Assembly: GCA_937934305.1 (NCBI GenBank)
Contig: CALHAG010000002.1
Span: 13,263-77,262, forward strand
DNA from: Candidatus Caldarchaeum subterraneum
GTDB lineage: Archaea > Thermoproteota > Nitrososphaeria_A > Caldarchaeales > Caldarchaeaceae
Length of the DNA: 64,000 nucleotides
Direction of reading: 5' to 3'
The notes beneath the pieces are model-generated. The model searched no databases, was not told where the DNA came from, and saw nothing but the letters and a program-made list of their open reading frames with translations. The first letter of the stretch is position 1; the number at the start of each line of letters is the position of its first letter. Shown here one piece after another: positions 58,677-64,000 of this stretch. The translations under genes were made by a program, and so were the position numbers.

Positions 58677-59741
58677 TTGAGCGAGCGGCTTTTTGAGGAG
58701 AGGCTGGAGAGTTTTGTTTCGCGGCTCAGAAGCTCACCTGTTGAATCGGTTATTCTTTCCAAGAAATCCAACGTCATGTATTTTACGGGTTCAGAGAACG
58801 GTGTGTTGCTGATAACCGCGGACGGCACAGTCAGCGTCTTCTCAAACACCCCCGTAAACACTCCTCTAGCCGGCAGGGTTCACATAGTCGAGAAACTCGG
58901 CCGCAGAGAAATCTACCCCATCGTCTTCGAGTACATAGGTGATAGGAGGATGACAGTGGGCTATGACACCATGCCCGCCGAAACATATCAGTCAATAATC
59001 AAAAACTATCCATCCCTCTCACTCACCTGCATCAAAGACATTGTCTACGAGCAGCGGCAGAGCAAATCCGATTACGAGATAATGCTTATCCGCAAAGCCT
59101 CGTCAATCGTCTCCTTCGCCATGGAAATCGTCAGAGAGGTCATCGCCGGAGGAACAACTGCCTCGGATATTAGACGGGCTTTGGCTGACAACATTTACCG
59201 CCTCGAAGCCGACCTCCCATACAGCCCACGCATATCGATAGGGGAAGAAACCTTCCTCAACATAGATAGCCCTCCTAACCGAGGGATAAGAGAAGGTGAA
59301 ATCGTCAAAATATCATTCGCCGCATCGGTCGAGGGATACATATCACATATCTCACGCACCTACTTCTACAAAAAATCGCAGGAAAAAATCTTGAAAACCT
59401 ATCAACAGCTCATCCGCCTAAAAGAATACATAACTTCGCTTCTCTCGGTGTGGTCCTCCGCTGTCTCGATATACGATAGGGCAAGAGCCTTTGCGATGGA
59501 GATTGGGCTCGACCCCACATCTCTAACATTGTTTGGAAGAGGTGTGGGTCTCGAGGCGGAGGAGCATCCATTCATCGACGCGGCTAGCACCGACATCATA
59601 CGCGAGGGGTCTGTCATCAGCATAGGCCCCGACCTGCTTCTCCCAGGGCGATATGGCTTATCGGTTTCAGACATATATCTTGTCACTTCCAGAGGTGTGG
59701 AGAAGTTAACTGATGCCGATGTCGAAATGGAGGTTGGCTAG
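58677..59741 (+). CDS. M24 (Xaa-Pro aminopeptidase/creatinase-fold) homolog lacking metal ligands
   Basis: NVMYFTG, RQSKSDYEI, GYISHISRT, GRGVGLE, IGPD, SVSDIYLVT. Confidence 0.8.
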   Translation: MSERLFEERLESFVSRLRSSPVESVILSKKSNVMYFTGSENGVLLITADGTVSVFSNTPVNTPLAGRVHIVEKLGRREIYPIVFEYIGDRRMTVGYDTMPAETYQSIIKNYPSLSLTCIKDIVYEQRQSKSDYEIMLIRKASSIVSFAMEIVREVIAGGTTASDIRRALADNIYRLEADLPYSPRISIGEETFLNIDSPPNRGIREGEIVKISFAASVEGYISHISRTYFYKKSQEKILKTYQQLIRLKEYITSLLSVWSSAVSIYDRARAFAMEIGLDPTSLTLFGRGVGLEAEEHPFIDAASTDIIREGSVISIGPDLLLPGRYGLSVSDIYLVTSRGVEKLTDADVEMEVG

Positions 59742-60520
59742 AGCCCGAACCTGCGTTCCCTGCTCTGATAAGTGCGTATCGCTCTGAGAAGGTCAATGTA
59801 CCTGAAGTCGGGCAGGTTAACGTCTTGGAAGACGAACTCACTGTAAGCCGATTGCCACAGCAGAAAGTTACTTATCCGTGTTTCACCGGACGTTCTTATG
59901 ATGAGGTCGGGCTCCGGGTTGGGTACACCGTTTGTGTAGAGATGTTTCTCGAAAGTTTTCTCATCGATTTGCTCGGGTGACAGCTGGCCCATCTTCACCT
60001 CCTCCGCTATCTGTTTGACGGCTTCGAGTATCTCCAGCCGGCCGCCGTATGCTATCGCGAGGTTGAGGAACCGGTTGTCATGCAGCTCGGTCGCATGCTC
60101 AAGCTTCTCAAGCGCCTCCACAACATTTGGCGGAAGCATGTCTTTTCTGCCGATGACCTTGACTTTTACTCGGTACTTGTATATCTTCGGGTCTTTGAGA
60201 AGCTTGTGAGCCTTCTCCTCTATTAGCCGGAATATCTCCTCAACCTCGTGCATGGGACGTCTCAGGTTCTCCGTGGAGAGGATGTATAGGGTTACTGTTT
60301 TTATGCCCAGCTCCAGCAACCAGTCAAGAATCTCCTCAACCTTATCCGCCCCCGCTTCATGACCCTTCCACGGAGGCCATCCCCGCACCCTCGCCCACCT
60401 CCTATTACCGTCGAGAATCAGCCCCACATGGCTAGGCATCTGACCCGAAGAAACGTTCCTCAGCAACCATTTCTCATATAGCCAGTAAACACCCATTAGC
60501 TGTAGAAGTTTTTTCAACAA
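59738..60520 (-). CDS. uppS: cis-prenyltransferase (undecaprenyl diphosphate synthase family)
   Basis: HVGLILDGNRRWA, STENL, YGGR, PDLIIRTSGETRISNFLLWQ, RERRFG. Confidence 0.95.
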   Translation of the reverse strand: MLKKLLQLMGVYWLYEKWLLRNVSSGQMPSHVGLILDGNRRWARVRGWPPWKGHEAGADKVEEILDWLLELGIKTVTLYILSTENLRRPMHEVEEIFRLIEEKAHKLLKDPKIYKYRVKVKVIGRKDMLPPNVVEALEKLEHATELHDNRFLNLAIAYGGRLEILEAVKQIAEEVKMGQLSPEQIDEKTFEKHLYTNGVPNPEPDLIIRTSGETRISNFLLWQSAYSEFVFQDVNLPDFRYIDLLRAIRTYQSRERRFGL

Positions 60521-60527
60521 ACCAGGG

Positions 60528-61712
60528 TCACTGTTTCTTGGCCGCTCCTTTTCTGAACTGTTTTCCATATATTGAGCGGAGGACACGTGTCATAGCGAAG
60601 GTTACTCCAAGCGTAACCACACCCATCACAGCCGTAAGTATGAACAGGAAGGTTGAGCTCTCGGTTATCGTCGTCGGCTGAGGCTGCTGCAAAAGCACTC
60701 CCGCCCGTTTGAGCAGGGCCCACAGCCATATTGACAGAACACCCGCGTGAATGGTTCGCCAGAATCCATAGTATCTTATGATGTAGTAGTAGATCATGTT
60801 GGAGAGAACCACGAGTATCGCGCTAATCGCTATAAAGTCGATGCTCTGGCTTATGAAAACTCCGGAGAGTCTGAGCACGGTGGGCAGCAGTATCGCTGGG
60901 TCGATGAGCTGTTCACTCGTCAGGTTGAGGGAGATGTAGGTCGTGTAGGTAGATGATAGGCCGAGGTACAGCCCGATGAGCAGGGAAGCTCCTGCACCGA
61001 GGTAGGCGAAGGCCCTTATCTGCCCGATTGCAGGCATCTGAGATATTCTGTAGAAGCCTGTGAAAAGGCGTGAAAAATGAATGTCTATCCTAAACCCCCA
61101 GAGAAAAAGAAGTAGGCCTAGGAAGAGGAGTAGGATGGAGGGTTGTGCGAGTCCGAAGATGCTTAGGAGAGCGGAGAGAGCGATGAAGCCTCCTGGTATG
61201 CCTATGATGAACTTGGCGTAGCGCGGGTCGGTTATGCCGAGTCGCAGATACTTGCCTAGAATGAGCCATGACTGCTCAACGGTCTGGCTCTGTTTGACGG
61301 TGACCCGTTGAACCGAGGCGATGGCGACTTGTGAGGAGATTATCGGGGTCACTATCGCGTCTGTCTCGCCGTCGCTCACGAATATGCAGCGCTGTGCCGG
61401 AAACTTTTCAAGCACCTCACGCAGCTGGTTGAATATGTTCATGTCCGCCTCCATCCCTTCTTTACGGGAGCCCGTGAGCGTGGCCACCTCAACCTCCTCT
61501 CCCGTTTTACTCTGGGTCAACTGGTCATAGAGTTTGACCGCGTAGAAGAGCGCGTTGGCGTCGGGGTCCTCGGGGTCCGCCAAAGCAAGCCGCACAGCTG
61601 CATCCAGGTTAGCCTCCCGCCCAACAACAGGGCCGCTTATCCCTGTTTTCACCCCGAGGTCATCATCCCTGTCAACAACTATGATAAGCAGCCTGTCACC
61701 GTCCTCAGCCAT
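60528..61712 (-). CDS. DUF373 family membrane protein
   Basis: VDRDDDLG.KTG, DPEDPDAN, VSDGETD, VKQSQTVE; multiple TM segments; commonly adjacent to uppS in archaea. Confidence 0.85.
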   Translation of the reverse strand: MAEDGDRLLIIVVDRDDDLGVKTGISGPVVGREANLDAAVRLALADPEDPDANALFYAVKLYDQLTQSKTGEEVEVATLTGSRKEGMEADMNIFNQLREVLEKFPAQRCIFVSDGETDAIVTPIISSQVAIASVQRVTVKQSQTVEQSWLILGKYLRLGITDPRYAKFIIGIPGGFIALSALLSIFGLAQPSILLLFLGLLLFLWGFRIDIHFSRLFTGFYRISQMPAIGQIRAFAYLGAGASLLIGLYLGLSSTYTTYISLNLTSEQLIDPAILLPTVLRLSGVFISQSIDFIAISAILVVLSNMIYYYIIRYYGFWRTIHAGVLSIWLWALLKRAGVLLQQPQPTTITESSTFLFILTAVMGVVTLGVTFAMTRVLRSIYGKQFRKGAAKKQ

Positions 61713-61999
61713 TCCCCAACATTCTCTCCCACAACAATGATTTAAAGGCTCTCAAGTCCTCTGCCCACCCCTCACATCATATACAAACAGAATATCCGGT
61801 CTCAAGTCAAAATTTCACCTCAATGCATCTCTCCTTAACAAACAGCTTCAAACCACTGGACAACCTAGACCCTGCAACAATGCATGCAATCACCCTTCTC
61901 AGCAAGGTTTCTTCGAGGCTGAGTAAACTTGCCAAGAGAACTCATAGTGAGCTGTGAACTATATTTTCCTTCCGAATAACCACAAAGTGCCACCGCTCA

Positions 62000-62446
62000 T
62001 TAAAAACGCCGGTAAGTGTCTACGTTGAAGTTCAACACGCTCTTCAGCGAGGCGGTAGAGGAGCTCCAGAACACTGAGGAGAGATTAAGCCCTGTATATG
62101 GGATAGCCTGTATAAGCCCTGTTACCTCTAATGTGGGCAATATAACTCGGCGGAATCGCTGGAGATGTTCAGACGCAGAGACCATCACAGGTAACGTCAA
62201 AGTTTCCTGAGCAGCAGGAACAGCAATGAAGATACTCCATACTGCACCACCTATCCAAAGGCCAAAGGCGAGTAAATGAAACGGCCGCAGCACCCAAGCC
62301 GAAGGCTGTGTTGGAAATGTCAAACGGGCGTCAAGAAGCGCAGTCAACACAATGCTCAAAGCCAGCAGAACCAAGTTTAGTCTAACTAGGCTGAGTTTAA
62401 AGACTCGCACGCAATGGCTGGACCGGTAACTAGGCAGTTGAACCAT
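62000..62446 (-). pseudogene. Possible degraded membrane protein (CopD/DUF4149-like)
   Basis: HLLAFGLWIGGAVW.IFIAVP motif; ragged ends. Confidence 0.35.
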
Positions 62447-62592
62447 ATGCTAGAATAAGCTTGAAGAGACCGGCTCCCCAGAGCGCACGGTCCATGGCTG
62501 GGGTGGACCATGAATATATCAAGGCCGCGAAGGAGAGGATGGTTTCCCTACTCGATGAGCTCGACAAAATCCTACAAAATATGTTGCAAAGC

Positions 62593-62982
62593 TTAATTCT
62601 TCCCTTCTCTAAGCTTTATTTCCACGTCCATATTCTCAGAAAGAGCTCTGCTCAGGAGCGATGATGGGATGGCGCTGTCTCTAGTGATAACCCTGATGCC
62701 TTCAGTAAGTATCTTCACTCGCTGCTTTGGCGATGTCTGCTCTATGGGCATGAGGTCCACCGGTGTCCTGAGCAGGTCTTCCAAAACGTTTGCAACCTCG
62801 ATCAACTTCCGCAAACTCAGTTCTGGACGGGAATACACAGCTATATCAATGTCCCGCACCAACCTCCGCCTTACCGCGGAACCGAATATAACTGCAAACT
62901 TAATCTCCGGCATCCTTTCGAAGAAATCTCTCACCTTATCCACCACTTCATGCAACAGAACCTCATGGTATATTATGCTCAA
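62593..62982 (-). CDS. Nucleotidyltransferase (MntA-like antitoxin)
   Basis: FAVIFGSAV..RDIDIAV, PVDL, ILTEG. Confidence 0.85.
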   Translation of the reverse strand: MSIIYHEVLLHEVVDKVRDFFERMPEIKFAVIFGSAVRRRLVRDIDIAVYSRPELSLRKLIEVANVLEDLLRTPVDLMPIEQTSPKQRVKILTEGIRVITRDSAIPSSLLSRALSENMDVEIKLREGKN

Positions 62983-63389
62983 CGAGTGAAAGCCTCCTCA
63001 ACCGCATATAAGAATTCCTCTACACATTTAAAGTCATCCAAAATCTCCCGGTAAACCCTCTCGTCATCCACCGTCCAGTAGCGATGTATCAGCAGATTCC
63101 TGAATCCCACCAAGGCCTGAAGATCCTTCACGCATGAAAGAGTTAGTCTTTCAGCCACACATTTAATTGCCTCCCTATACGAGGTGGGAGTCTTGCCGTA
63201 TGCCTCCATGCAAAGATGCGTGCATAGGGACACGAGAGATTCCACCAAAGTAATCAAATTGTATCTCATCGAATATCTCTGGTCCACATCTAGCTCCGAG
63301 AATGGTCTGGAAGTTAGCCTCAGTAGCTCGTTGACCGATAGTCTAACATCCGAAATCCTAGCCCTCACCAAAGCAGGGTCAACAGGCAT
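62979..63389 (-). CDS. DUF86/HepT-like HEPN RNase toxin
   Basis: PTSYRE; GFRNLLIHRY (intact R-X4-H); VDDERVY. Confidence 0.88.
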   Translation of the reverse strand: MPVDPALVRARISDVRLSVNELLRLTSRPFSELDVDQRYSMRYNLITLVESLVSLCTHLCMEAYGKTPTSYREAIKCVAERLTLSCVKDLQALVGFRNLLIHRYWTVDDERVYREILDDFKCVEEFLYAVEEAFTR

Positions 63390-63483
63390 TCGTAACCAGC
63401 CCACATCTATGTAGGCGGGTTAATAATCCTTCCTTCAAAGGAGCCCCCCGATACTCTGTTCAACCTAATTCGGCGGCGGGTGA

Positions 63484-63756
63484 AGAAAAATTCCTCAAGC
63501 TATAGAAAGCCATGTCAAGACCGGAGAGGCCAGAGACATCAGCAGCTATGTGAGAAAAGCCTTAGAACTCAAGCTCAGACAAGACAACCCCCAGGCAACC
63601 GCAGACATCCCAAAACTTCTCACCGCTGAAATTGAGAAAGAGATGGACAACTTTCTAAACTCCCAGCTGGCTATTGACCTAGGGATAGAGGACAAGCATC
63701 AGCTAGTCTCCCAAGCCGTCAGATACTTCCTACACATCCATCGCCTGCATATCTAA
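63484..63756 (+). other. Possible ribbon-helix-helix protein or remnant
   Basis: GEARDISSYVRKALE and KHQLVSQAVR segments; start unclear. Confidence 0.3.
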
Positions 63757-64000
63757 AGAGTAGACAGTACACGACTAAACGACACATTATACGTTACGAT
63801 ATGCACAACGCGTCCAGGGCTGGCACACCATTGGAGACAGCTCCTAAAATTCATCCACGAAAACGGTATAGCAACAAAGGTCAAGCTCTACTTATCCAGA
63901 GACAGCGAACACTTCATAGAAGCATACCTAGCAGCCCTAACCATCGACGCCACCTTCATCATAGGCAAGTTCACCGCAACAATAACCGCCAAAATGGAGC

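Noticed and set aside
63757-64000. Open frame at the right edge (TLYVTICTTRPG...)
   Set aside because: No clear start, truncated by the window, and no family recognised with confidence.

Overview
Archaeal chromosome segment of roughly 50% GC (estimated by eye). Gene content (eS26, eS30, eS8, TFE-beta/RPC34-like, TFB paralog, smc-scpA-scpB, Nop5/fibrillarin) points to a TACK archaeon, most likely Aigarchaeota/Caldarchaeales-like; this is inference. Layout: (1) 1-8.7 kb, a minus-strand operon with a molybdenum hydroxylase large subunit, an enamidase-like amidohydrolase, an LLM-class oxidoreductase and a LIV-type ABC transporter, the best candidate for an undescribed archaeal N-heterocycle (nicotinate-like) catabolic system. 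(2) 8.8-26.9 kb, catabolic and housekeeping genes (subtilase, acyl-CoA dehydrogenase, PaaK-like ligase, FAH, LeuA-family enzyme, E1-alpha, SerK-like kinase, SerA, eS26, HtpX, ProS). (3) 27-46.8 kb, an accessory region with toxin-antitoxin pairs, an orphan atpD, a partly decayed glycosylation locus, a heptad-repeat nuclease-like protein and a 2-kb TA cassette bounded by a duplicated 3' end of rps30e. (4) 46.8-61.7 kb, a conserved RNA-modification/transcription/SMC cluster, an M24 peptidase homolog lacking all metal ligands, UppS and DUF373. (5) 62-64 kb, more TA genes and remnants. No rRNA, tRNA or CRISPR array was recognised. All family assignments come from motif recognition by eye, not database searches.
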